Source: Eledone cirrhosa (taxonomy: Eukaryota). From it: 64,000 nt of DNA. Below are positions 52,601 through 64,000 of the stretch, piece by piece; within the stretch, counting starts at the first letter, position 1; every line of letters starts with the position of its first letter. The notes below the pieces were generated by a model, which worked only from the letters and a program-made list of their open reading frames with translations, did not search any database and had not been told where the DNA came from. The translations under genes were made by a program, and so were the position numbers. The DNA lies in contig OZ024760.1 of the NCBI GenBank assembly GCA_964016885.1, positions 16,802,001 to 16,866,000 of the forward strand, read 5' to 3'.

Positions 52601-53345
52601 TTAACAGGAAAAGAGTCAGGACCCCGACAGCAGAGATCCGGCCGTTTCAACAATTAGATCCGAACAGTTCGGATCTAGCTGTCGAATTGGCCGGAGCTCT
52701 GCTGTCGGGGTCCTGACTCTTTTCCAATTATATATAAATATAGAGAAGACCCGCCTTACCTAAGAACAAAGTGAAACCTACTACAGTCAGTAGGCACCTC
52801 TAACAAAATACACCCCGTCCCACTACCTCCACCCCATCCACACCACCCCTTTCAATGTAAAGTTATGTTGGTACCACAACATCCAGCCCGAAACAAATGA
52901 GGTCGTGTAGGTGTCACGACAAAAAAACACAGACAGTCCATGCTGTAATGTGGCCGTGTAGGTAACACGGTAAAAACCTCTCAGTTCCACACTAAATGGT
53001 TGGTGTTAGGAAGGGCATCCAGCCGTAGAAAACCTGCCAGACAGTCCTATACGAGCAAGACAACCACTCTTGCCTCAGATGGGACAACTCCCGTCTAACC
53101 CATGCTATCGTGGAAGATGGACATTAAACGATGATGATGATATATATACGTTACATATTTTACATTTTTAATACAAAATTGTTAATCTTTATTATTTAAC
53201 ATGGATCTTTCTTAACACACAGTTTTTTTTTTTTTCCAGACCTGCCATGATTCTTTATGGTATTGACAACATCCGAGAGTTGATCGGACCCAAAATAAAC
53301 TTACAAATGGTTTATAATAACCCCATTTGCCGTATTGGTGTTTAA
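43357..53345 (+). CDS. FARSA: Phenylalanine--tRNA ligase alpha subunit (cytoplasmic), 13 exons, 495 aa
   Basis: Exons 43357-43494, 44477-44614, 45067-45168, 45828-45946, 46547-46639, 46799-46927, 47647-47762, 48713-48797, 49491-49590, 50600-50768, 51521-51598, 52254-52368, 53240-53345 (1488 nt, in frame, TAA stop). Diagnostic motifs: [103 protein letters not shown]. Confidence 0.97.
45190..45392 (+). mobile_element. RTE-like LINE 3' fragment
   Basis: Degenerate [13 protein letters not shown](W) followed by a CATGCAAGCATGG...ACGATGATG tail. Confidence 0.6.
47995..48178. mobile_element. Tc1/mariner-type MITE
   Basis: Imperfect ~30-bp terminal inverted repeats in TA context. Other small MITEs at ~1453-1533, 47473-47545, 42568-42723 and 54292-54452. 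Confidence 0.55.
50035..50385. repeat. 66-bp minisatellite (FARSA intron)
   Basis: About 5 copies of TATACTCTCAAACACATACATATAAACATTCATGTACACAAGCACAGATGTCCAGACACATACATA. Confidence 0.9.
51665..51931. repeat. 42-bp minisatellite (FARSA intron)
   Basis: About 6 copies of CACTGTCACACATACATACATATCATGTTACACATACATACA. Confidence 0.85.
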
Positions 53346-53439
53346 CCATCCTACCTCCAATTTAACCTCTTTTTCTAACTGCTTCTTCTCCTCAAGACAT
53401 TATATCATCAAAAGATTATTCCATATACATACATGTATT

Positions 53440-53470
<31 letters not shown>

Positions 53471-54979
53471 TTATACACATATATATATATACATGTATTT
53501 ATGTATATACGTATACATGTATGAATTTATGTAACAGAATTTAAGATTTTGGTGTTTTCATCTCTGGGAAATTTCAATTTAATTAAAAATTTATATAAAT
53601 TTTAGTCATGGTAACTTTTAGATTAAGGCCAAGTGAGTTATGTAACACTACTTGAGGTGTTTTAAGCTGTACCATCTAGTTTTAACCAGTACCAATTGAT
53701 TTTAAGCAGGACCAACTAGTTTTAACCAGTATCAACTAGTTTTAAACAGGCTATATCCGGCCAAAATTCTCTAACCTCTTTCCATTGAAACCAGCTGTAA
53801 CCAGCCACTCATACCAACATTAAGGTATTGTTCTCAAAATAAATATCAAAATCTCAATGATTCGATATTATGTGAGCTAAAGTCTGTACTGTGAAAATAT
53901 AATAGTATATATAGAGTAATGTAAATCCGTACCAACTAGCTTTAGCCAGTACCAACTAGTTTTAGCCAGTACCAGCTAGTTGTAACCTGTACCAACTAGC
54001 TGACAGGTTGAGCCATAATTGACTTTAACTCTACCCTAGGTCTTACAAGATTTTAAATAAAGTGACAATTTCATACAAAATATGAAGACAAAAAAGCAAC
54101 CACCAAACTCTAATTGTTCCCCCACCGTTGTTAATGTTGATGTACAACCCCAGATATAAATCATTGTCTTTGCTAAATTATGAAGTCTGATATAATGTTA
54201 TGTGTTTGAAATAAAGACTTTTATTATAAAAATACTGAATTTAAATGTGTTTTTTGGTTTTAACAGCAATGGAAGAATTTTTCTGTAATATATACCGTAC
54301 TTCCCAGCGTCGAAGACGCTACTTTTTTCCTAAAATAAGTCTCAAATATCTATCACGTGTCCCGGAGGTCGAAGGTTATTTGTTTATTTTTGGTTGTCAA
54401 GATTAGGGTGCGTCCTCGAGGACGAAGCGTCTTCAGCACTGGGGAATACGGTTTCTAATACAAAATAGCCTAGTTTTGAAAGGGAAATTACTCCTCTCTC
54501 TATCTTTTTCTCATAACAGCCCAGAGTAACCTCCCCTGGTTCAGACGGTAAAAACAATTTTTTGCATTTTATTTTCTATAATAAAAATAACATTCCAGGT
54601 TTTTTAAGACGTCCTACTAATATTTTGTATTTAACACACATACCTCGTTCTTACTCATTATTATTATATCTATGTATCAAAATATGTTTATTCGCGTGAC
54701 TCGCGTTTCGCAATTGATCAGCTCAAGGTACAATCAGTATCAATCTTGCCTGACTCTGGAATCGATGTTTTTTTTTGTTTTTTTTCTAATCTTTTTTCAT
54801 TCTTTCCCTTTCTCACCCTTTATTTTCTTGTTTCGACTTTTATTTCTCAATCGTCTGATGAAGGACTCGTGTCCAAAACGTTAAGACTCTTTTCCTATTA
54901 TTTCAAGCGTTAAACTAATATCTTTTTTTAATTGCACTGTCGTTTGCTGTATTATTTCTGTTTACCATACACACACACT

Positions 54980-55046
<67 letters not shown>

Positions 55047-55482
55047 CAGTTATAAGCGTGAATAGTAAATAGACAAAAATATATCTAATTATCCTTCAAA
55101 GTCCTGGTGTGTGTGTATATATATATATGTGTGTGTGTGTATATATATATATGTGAGCGTTTATACTTATGTATATTATTAGTTTATATATATATATAGG
55201 AATTAATTCAATAAAAAAAGAACTGCCACAGACCATTTACCATATAATCGTTTCTAGGTCGGAAATTTAGGTAGTCACGTGTTGTATAAAAAAACTGTGC
55301 TCTCATTGGTCAATTCAAATTAGGTAAATAACGAAAATCAATTTCTAACCAAAACACGGTTTTATATGAGTGAACATAGACATAAAGATAGTTTTGCATG
55401 CGTGAATACAAATATATATATATACTCTCGGGTAATATATATACTCTCTACCACACCACACATCGCGTATTATCTTTCAGCC

Positions 55483-55513
<31 letters not shown>

Positions 55514-56318
55514 ACACACCGCTCTTATCCACCGCCGTTTATTATTTTTTACAGACCGCTCTTACCCCCGCTTATTATTTTAGTGGTGGATTGGCAGTAT
55601 CGGTAGAGGGTCGGACGCCATGCTTAGCAGCACAGTTACGTCCCTTTACGTTCTGAGTTCAAATCCCGCCGAGGTTGACTTTGCCTTTCATCCTTACGGG
55701 GTCGATAAAATAAAGTACCAGTAATGTACTGGTGTCGACTTAATCGTCTTCCCCTTCCCCAAAAATTGTTAAATTGGTTTTGTTATTCTGTATTTTTACT
55801 CAATCTTATTGTAACCCTCCCACACAACAGTCTATCTATCTCTCTCTCTCTCTTTCGCCGCTCGCTCCCGCGCTCTCTTTCTGTCTCTCTCCCGCGCTCT
55901 CTTTCTGTCTCTCTCTCTCTCTCTTTCTGTCTCTATCTCGCCCCCTCTCTCTCTCTCTTTCTGTCTCTATCTCGCCCCCTCTCTCTCTCTCTTTCTGTCT
56001 CTCACTCTTTATCTCTCTATCTCGCCCCCTCTCTCTTTCTGTCTCTATCTCGCGCTCTCTTTCTGTCTCTATCTCGCCCCCTCTCTCTCGTTCTCTCTCC
56101 CTATCTACCTCTGTATCGCTCTCTCTCTCTCTCTCTCTCTCCCTATCTACCTCTGTATCTATCTCCCTCTCTATCTATCTATCTATCTATCCGCTCGTTG
56201 CCCCCCCCCCCCTCCCCACTCTATCATCTCAATCCCTTCTTTACAATCCCTCCCTCTCCCATTCTATTACTCCCTCTTCTCTATCCCCCACCACCGTTCT
56301 ATCCCCTCTCACCACCAT

Positions 56319-56355
<37 letters not shown>

Positions 56356-56603
56356 CCTCTCCTCCTGTTCTACCAATACAATACACACTATTCTAACCAA
56401 GCCATGTGTGATAACTACCACTGTCTCTTACTGACCTCTAGATTACCACCTCCTACTACCCCCCCCCCCCTCTCTCATTCTCTTTTACACACACACACAC
56501 ACACAATTGATACACAAATAATATTTATATATGCATTTGTGTATATATATATATGTATATATGTGTATATATATATAGATATATATATGTGTGTGTATAC
56601 ATT

Positions 56604-56643
<40 letters not shown>

Positions 56644-56848
56644 TATATATATGCATATATAAATGTTTGTGTGTGTGTGTATATATATATATGTATGTAT
56701 GTATACATTTGTATATATATATATATGCATATATATAATATATATATATGTGTGTATACATTTGTACATATATATATATGTGTGTATATATATATATATA
56801 TGTATCTATACATTTGTATATATATATATGTGTGTATATATATATATA

Positions 56849-56881
<33 letters not shown>

Positions 56882-56894
56882 GTATCTATACATT

Positions 56895-56927
<33 letters not shown>

Positions 56928-57718
56928 GTGCATCTATATACATATATATACTTTAACACACACACACATACACACATACATACATACATTCATGTGTGGG
57001 TGCCCACGTGTTCACATTTAAGCACTTACGTATGCACACAAACGAACGTTTATCCATATCCATAACCATAAAAATTAATATAAATACAAATATAAATACA
57101 AAATCTAAACATAAAATACCCATTGTCCGACATGAACACATAAATATTGGATAATATATCACATTAACGGAAGTGGACGGAGAAGCGATCACGTGACTAC
57201 GGGGAAATGCCTGCAAAGGAAATCTTTTGACCTCCATTTTCTCTGGTGTATTTCCAACGAATCAATGTACGCCATTCCACATCATTGCTCTTTTGTCTTC
57301 CAGGAATTTTAGTTGTTTTATTTGATGCATTCATTCTTATATATTATCCTTGCTATGGCGTTTAGCAGTGAACTCCTACAGAAACAACGCTCTACTCTAG
57401 TTAGTTCGTCTGCTTGTTTAACCAGTTATATCTAGTTATGTCCAGTTGTAACTAGATATAACTGTCATGTTCGTTAAATTTGTAATTTGCGCTGTTTATG
57501 TATATTAATTTATGATGTATAAATATGATGTATAAATTTATGTATAAATATGCATAAATACTTTTCTGTGTGTATATGTATATATATATATATATGTATA
57601 TGTATGTCTATATATATGTATGTGTGTGTATATATATATGTGTGTGTATGTGTATATATATATATGTGTGTGTATGTGTATATATATATATGTGTGTGTA
57701 TGTGTATATATATATATG

Positions 57719-57771
<53 letters not shown>

Positions 57772-57801
57772 ATATATATATGTATATATATGTATACATA
57801 T

Positions 57802-57832
<31 letters not shown>

Positions 57833-58174
57833 CATATGTATCTATATATGTGTATATATATATATATATGTGTATACGAACTCAGCCCATAAAGGGCCGT
57901 AACTCTATGCTGCAAAGCATGGTGTCCAACTCTCTACCAATTCTGCCAATCCATCGTCTTATATGATTATATTATTAGGTCATTTGGCAGTATCGGTAGA
58001 GGGTCGGATTATGCTTTCCAGCATAGAGTTACGTCCCTTTACGATCTGAGTTCAATTCCCGCCGAGGTTAACTTTGCCTTTCATCCTTACGGGGGTCGAT
58101 AAAATAAAGTACCAGTAATGTACTGAGTAATTGCTGGCCTTGTGCCTAAAGTAGAAACAATTATTATTTTTCAA

Positions 58175-58673
58175 GTAGGAGGAAGGGCAGGCAGTTTTCA
58201 TCTGCCTGGTGGCCATAGCGAAAGAGATTGTATGGTGGACAAGGTTGAAAGGATTGAAGACGGACACTTTCTTCTTCGGCCTATTCCTAATTAACTTTTT
58301 CAAATTTCATTTGAAGAGAAAAATCAGGGTGGAGAGGCAAGACCTATCTTCTAGTAAGTTTATTGAAAGGTGGGTGAAAGTGACGAATCCCGTTCTGAGT
58401 ATGCGCCTGTAGACTGAGGAGTGAGAACTGAGAGAGGGTGCTTGCCCTGGTGGTCAGGGTGGCCGTGGTTATTTTGTGTGGTTTTCACCACGTGTGACCC
58501 ACGGAGGTTTCCCCGCAATTGGGGAAATTTTTTTGATTTGTTTTTACACATGTCTATCTTCTTGTTATAACCTTTTTACACGACCAAACTACTTTGTATC
58601 GTCCTCTACCGTTCTGTGCCATCTGTAATGTTTTTCTTCACCTTAGCCCTTGTGGCCAATAAAGAAACCATTA
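58175..58673 (+). mobile_element. Tx1/L1-like LINE 3' fragment
   Basis: AIAKEIVWWTRLKGL...FFKFHLKRKIRVER...FIERW, then a 3'UTR ending AATAAAGAAACCATTAT. Confidence 0.55.
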
Positions 58674-58676
58674 TAG

Positions 58677-58895
58677 GGCGGTGGATTGGCAGTATCGGGA
58701 GAGGGTCGGACGCCATGCTTTCCAGCATAGTTACGTCCCTTTACGGTCTGAGTTCAAATCCCGCCGAGGTTAACTTCGCCTTTCATCCTTACGGGGGTCG
58801 ATAAAATCAAGTACCAGTCACGCACTGGGGTCGATTTTATCGACTTTCCCCTCCCCCCGAAATTGCTGGCCTTGTGCCTATATAAGAAACCATTA
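58677..58895 (+). mobile_element. tRNA-derived SINE with GCCTTTCATCCTTACGGGGTCGATAAAAT (Meta/MESC-like) domain
   Basis: A/B boxes plus conserved central domain. Copies at 15652-15812 (-), 20530-20700, 39243-39380 (-), 41858-42037, 51984-52205, 55582-55775, 57984-58168, 58917-59107 (-). Confidence 0.85.
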
Positions 58896-59897
58896 TTATT
58901 ATATAATAATAATAATAATTGTTTCTACTTTTGGCACAAGGCCAGCAATTATCCCAGTGCATTACTGGTACTTTATTTTATCGACCCCGTAAGGTTGAAA
59001 GGCAAAGTTAACTTCGGCGGGATTTGAACTCAGACCGTAAAGGGACGTAACTCTATGCTGCAAAGCATGGTGTCCGACCCTCTACCGATACTGCCAATCC
59101 ACCGCCTTATAATAATAATAATAATAATAATATGTCCATTGAAATAAACGAAAATATGACGAACACCATTATTTCTGCTAGTGAAATCATTCAATTTATA
59201 AGAGGGGTGGGGGGGGGACTGGGGAGGGGGTAACTCTATATCTTATATACCATATCGATCAGTATCGATCTGTATTAATGTGGTTATATGACTAAGAACG
59301 CCAGACAAAAGAAAAAAACCCAAACTAGATATTAAGTTAGAATAGGCGGGATGGCTTCCGCCATTGTTTCACTTCAATATGGTATTATGTTTTTTATATT
59401 GTGTCGTGTTATATCTTAGGAATATCTAGGTAGCTATGTATGTATGTGTGTGTGTATATATATGTATGTATGTATGTGTGTGTGTGTGTATATATGTATG
59501 TATGTGTGTGTGTGTGTGTGTATATATGTATGTTTGTGTATATGTATGTATGTGTTTGTATGTATGTATATGTGTATGTATGCATATATATATATATGTG
59601 TATGTATGTATATATATATGTGTATGTATGTGTATGTATGTATATATATATGTGTATGTATGTATATATATATATGTGTATGTATGTATATATATATGTG
59701 TATGTATGTATATATATATGTGTATGTATGTATATATATATATGTGTATGTATATATATGTATGTATATATATATATGTGTATGTATATATATGTATGTA
59801 TGTATATATATATGTGTATGTATATATATGTATGTATGTATATATATATATATATGTATGTATATATATATATGTGTATATATATATATATATATGG

Positions 59898-60327
59898 TAT
59901 ACTTTGGGAGGGTCATGTTGCCAATAAGAAACACACGCACCAGTTGCTTTCACTTCAATTTAATTTATTAAATATTTATAAGTTTACAAATTTATAAATT
60001 TATAAATTTCTGGTTGGTTGGTTGGTTCCACAACCAGATAGTTGTTTATATATATATAGTCATAGTTCTTTCGTCACACACTCTGTGACGAAAGAACTAT
60101 GACTATATATATATAAACAACTATCTGGTTGTGGAACCAACCAACCAACCAGAAATTTATAAATTTATAAATTTGTAAACTTATAAATATTTAATAAATT
60201 AAATTGAAGTGAAAGCAACTGGTGCGTGTGTTTCTTATTGGCAACATGACCCTCCCAAAGTATAACAATATCGGTTTCAACACACGATTTCAGATAAAGA
60301 ATCTTGCTAAACAAATTCAGAAACGAA

Positions 60328-60328
<1 letters not shown>
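59898..60328. mobile_element. (TA)n-embedded fold-back element (181-bp arms, 5-nt loop, tail)
   Basis: 59898-60078 is the reverse complement of 60084-60264. The terminal TATACTTTGGGAGGGTCAT resembles the end of the GIY-YIG element near 4595. Confidence 0.8.
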
Positions 60329-60358
<30 letters not shown>

Positions 60359-60444
60359 TGTATGTATATATATATATATGTATGTATATATATATATATA
60401 TGTATGTATATATATATATGTATGTATATATATATATATGTATG

Positions 60445-60484
<40 letters not shown>

Positions 60485-60550
60485 TATGTATGTATATATA
60501 TATATATATGTATGTATATATATATATGTATGTATATATATATATGTATG

Positions 60551-60590
<40 letters not shown>

Positions 60591-60755
60591 TATATGTATA
60601 TATATATGTATGTATGTATATATATATATATGTATATATGTATGTATATATATGTATGTATGTATATGTATGTATGTATGTATATATATATATGTATGTA
60701 TATATATATATGTATGTATATATATATATGTATGTATATATATATATGTATGTAT

Positions 60756-60789
<34 letters not shown>

Positions 60790-61070
60790 GTGTGTATGTG
60801 TATATATCAATGTATAAAATGGACGCCGTCTGGCAGAATGGCGAAACATTTTCCTTTACGACATTGCTGCTTTCACACTGGAAAACACGAAAGACGCGTG
60901 GTTTTCGGGGTGGGTGGAATTGGTGCTCTGAAGCCCCAAGTTGATAGAGTTGGTCAATGGTCTCGTGGGGTGGCGGGGTTTGTAGTATTTCAATCTTTGC
61001 TGAACACCCCATTTTGTGAGATTCTTCCAATTCCAATAGGTATAATCTCTCTCTCTCTCTCTCTCTCTTA

Positions 61071-61105
<35 letters not shown>

Positions 61106-61311
61106 ATATATAACGAAGGAAATGTGGTAAGGAACCAGGTGGACCATAACGCACTAAAGTATTCAATACTTAGTTAGTAGAGTGGGTGATAGGAACGAGT
61201 AGGACCCCGACGGCTGAGCTCAAGCCGTTTCGACGGCTAATTCTGGACTCATTTTAGTCCAGAATTAGCCGTCGAAACGGCTTGATCTCAGCCGTCGGAG
61301 TCCTACTCGTT

Positions 61312-61350
<39 letters not shown>

Positions 61351-61395
61351 AAATAACAGGAGGCTGGACTGGTGTAAATCCTTGAAAGGTTTATT

Positions 61396-61453
61396 ATACT
61401 ATGATCATTTCAATGACCGGGTTCCGTATGAATCCGGTGATATCATCAGGTAT
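61396..61453 (-). ncRNA. Minimal type I hammerhead ribozyme
   Basis: atac-CTGATGA-...ACCGGATTC(ATAC)GGAACCCGGT...-GAAAT-GATC-ATA^-gtat; palindromic ATGATCAT. Confidence 0.7.
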
Positions 61454-62341
61454 TGGAATATAACAAAGGAATATGTCCGAAAAATCAGAGACAGAGAGGA
61501 CGACTGACCAACTAGCTGCTTTCACCTCGGCCAGTCGCCCTCAAAGTGTTATTTTATTTATAATTAACTCCGTATTCACACCACCAACTACACAAACGAA
61601 GACGGGTGAACTGCACTACGTTGAGCACTCTCCACAACATTACACCAAGATTGACCATACGGAATGACCAGTTCTATCCAGTGGTGAACCAACAAACCTA
61701 AAGATATATATATATATATCCGTATGTGGTTGAGAAAAGAGTACTCAATACCGAAGTACAGTTTTGATAAACACCAGAGTAAGAAGACTCACTACTTAGC
61801 CGTATAAAATGAATATATATGATTTATATATGTGTATATGTATCTGTGTGCATGTGTATATGTATCTGTGTGCATGTGTATATGTATCTGTGTGCATGTG
61901 TGTATGCATATCTATCTGTATATATATTATATATACATATATGTATCTATATGTTTATATATATATGTTTGTATATATATGTTTATATTTATCTCTACAT
62001 GTGTCTATATATATATATATGTTTAGATATAAATATGTGTGTGTATATATATATATATATGTTTAGATATATATATGTTTAGATATATATATATATATAC
62101 ACATGTCATTAGTTTATCAGCCATTAGTTATCGTGCTATGCTATCACATCAAAGTAATCCGTCACGTTTCTCCTCTTAATTAACAGTTCACATTTTAAGC
62201 TCAACTCCTCAATTGTAGTTCTTATTCAATCCGCATTGCGTCACTGCTTACATCCGGGAACTCCTGTCAACATTCAATATGGCGCCCATCTAGTAGAAAG
62301 TGACGTTAAAACCGTCAATACTTACATACTCATACGGGCGT

Positions 62342-62376
<35 letters not shown>

Positions 62377-63400
62377 TGACTGTATTTGTGTGTGTGTTTC
62401 AACACACACACACACACACACGCACGCACGCACGCACGCGCACGCGCACAAATGACTGTATTTTATGTGTGTGTGAGTGTATGGTTGGGTTTAAACCCAC
62501 ACATAGACACACGCGGTCACACGCACAAAAAAACTGTATTTTATGTATGTGCGTGTGCTATGTGTGTATGTGGCTGGGTGTGTGCGTGTGGTTGGGTGTG
62601 TGTATGTGGCTGGGTGTGTGCGTGTGGTTGGGTGTGTTTATGTGGCAGGGTGTGTGCGTGTGGTTGGGTGTGTTTATGTGGCAGGGTGTATGTGGTTGGG
62701 TGTGTGTGTGGCTGTATGTGTATATGTATTCAACATGCTAGTTCACCAAGTGTATGTATATGTGTGTATATGTATGTATATGTGTGTTAAAACAAAACAA
62801 AAACAATAACGAAGTGTTAGTATTAGGTTCACGCTTGAGTGTGTATGTGGGAGGGGGGGGGGGTGACATATAAATATATATTTGTATGTATATGTATATA
62901 TTCAACACGTTAGCTCACCAAGTGTATGTTTTTCATCTCCCATCCACCTCCATAACGAAAAAAAAATCTATAACAAAACAAAAAAAAAAAAAAGACGTTC
63001 CATTGTTCCTAAATTCTGTTCAGTTCCATTCTCTCTTTTACTTCCTTCATTCTGTAAATTTCTCCGCTATATTACCACAAAATCTTTGAAAAATAGCCCC
63101 GTCGTTTCCTCACACCTCCCCAAACCCTTCTCTCTCATTTTATCTTCATTATTTGAAGAAACCATTGCAGAAACCTCTAAAGTTGTTTTATTGTTTCGAA
63201 ATTAAATCCAGTTTTATGATATTTTCTTTCTTCAATCTACTCTTTTGTTATTTCTCCATAATTTTTAATCCTTTATGCTTTCTAGGATTTAAGTTTTGTG
63301 GAAAATAATTCCATTTTCCTTACAATTCTGTCCTGTTTATTTTCAAGCCGCTACAAATCCAGCTATTATAGAATTATTATATATATATATATATAGATAT

Positions 63401-63586
63401 AGTAATAATAATAAATTTGAAGACTAAAATCCAAAGAGGGCTCGATAAGGATAAATATATATCAAATATATAAGAACCGTAGAGCAAATATTTATTAAAA
63501 TAACAGATTAAAGTTTAAGCAAAGAATCGCTCCCGTTAAGGGTGAAAGCAGGCGATTCTTTGCTTAAACTTTAATCTGTTATTTTA

Positions 63587-63595
<9 letters not shown>
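63401..63595. mobile_element. (TA)n-embedded fold-back element
   Basis: Arms ~63488-63530 and ~63552-63595; related pieces at 132-200 and 26650-26742. Confidence 0.6.
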
Positions 63596-63627
<32 letters not shown>

Positions 63628-63630
<3 letters not shown>

Positions 63631-63874
63631 AGAAAGTCAACAACACACTATATAACTATTCCATTACCAAAGGTTTCAGGACCGTAGACAATATTAACAT
63701 ATGTCAGATCGTTCATCAGACAGGGGAACGATCTAGACGTATGTTAATAATGTCTAGGTTCCTGAAACCTTTGGTAATGGAGTAGTTATATATTGTGTTT
63801 TCACTTTCTAATTAAATTGCTCTGTTCAATACATAGAACACTCTTTTTTTCCTTTGCTTTTTCTTCGGAATTAC

Positions 63875-63878
<4 letters not shown>
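63628..63878. mobile_element. (TA)n-embedded fold-back element (8455 family)
   Basis: Imperfect inverted arms plus tail; the tail matches 1-90. Confidence 0.7.
63659..63725 (-). ncRNA. Type I hammerhead ribozyme (8455 family) in the left arm of an inverted repeat
   Basis: ccctgt-CTGATGA-stem II-GAAACC-TTT-GGTA^-atggaa. Confidence 0.65.
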
Positions 63879-63960
<82 letters not shown>

Positions 63961-64000
63961 TGTTTTTAAACCGTTATAAGTCCAGTTATCACAGAAGTAT

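Overview
Eukaryotic, AT-rich, microsatellite-saturated animal DNA. The repeat content suggests an octopod cephalopod, but that is inference. Almost all ORFs in the six-frame track are artefacts of (TA)n, (CA)n and other simple repeats. Two intron-rich genes on the + strand can be assembled by hand. One is a ~1,895-aa single-pass cadherin-repeat protein (about 16 EC domains; exons 13041-37329; first exon not found), built partly from five tandem two-domain exon modules. The other is FARSA (13 exons, 43357-53345, 495 aa). The rest is SINEs, LINE fossils (RTE, CRE, Tx1/L1-like), MITEs and TE-derived satellites. The most striking signal is a dense population of short, microsatellite-embedded and often palindromic inserts from at least seven sequence families. 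They carry minimal type I hammerhead ribozyme motifs (CUGAnGA...GAAA...NUH), including a U3-A8 core variant. One lies downstream of a Penelope-type GIY-YIG endonuclease ORF on the same strand. These look like 3' ends of Penelope-like retroelements that target (TA)n or (CA)n, fold back at or near the ribozyme, and share a TATTGAGTAC tail motif.
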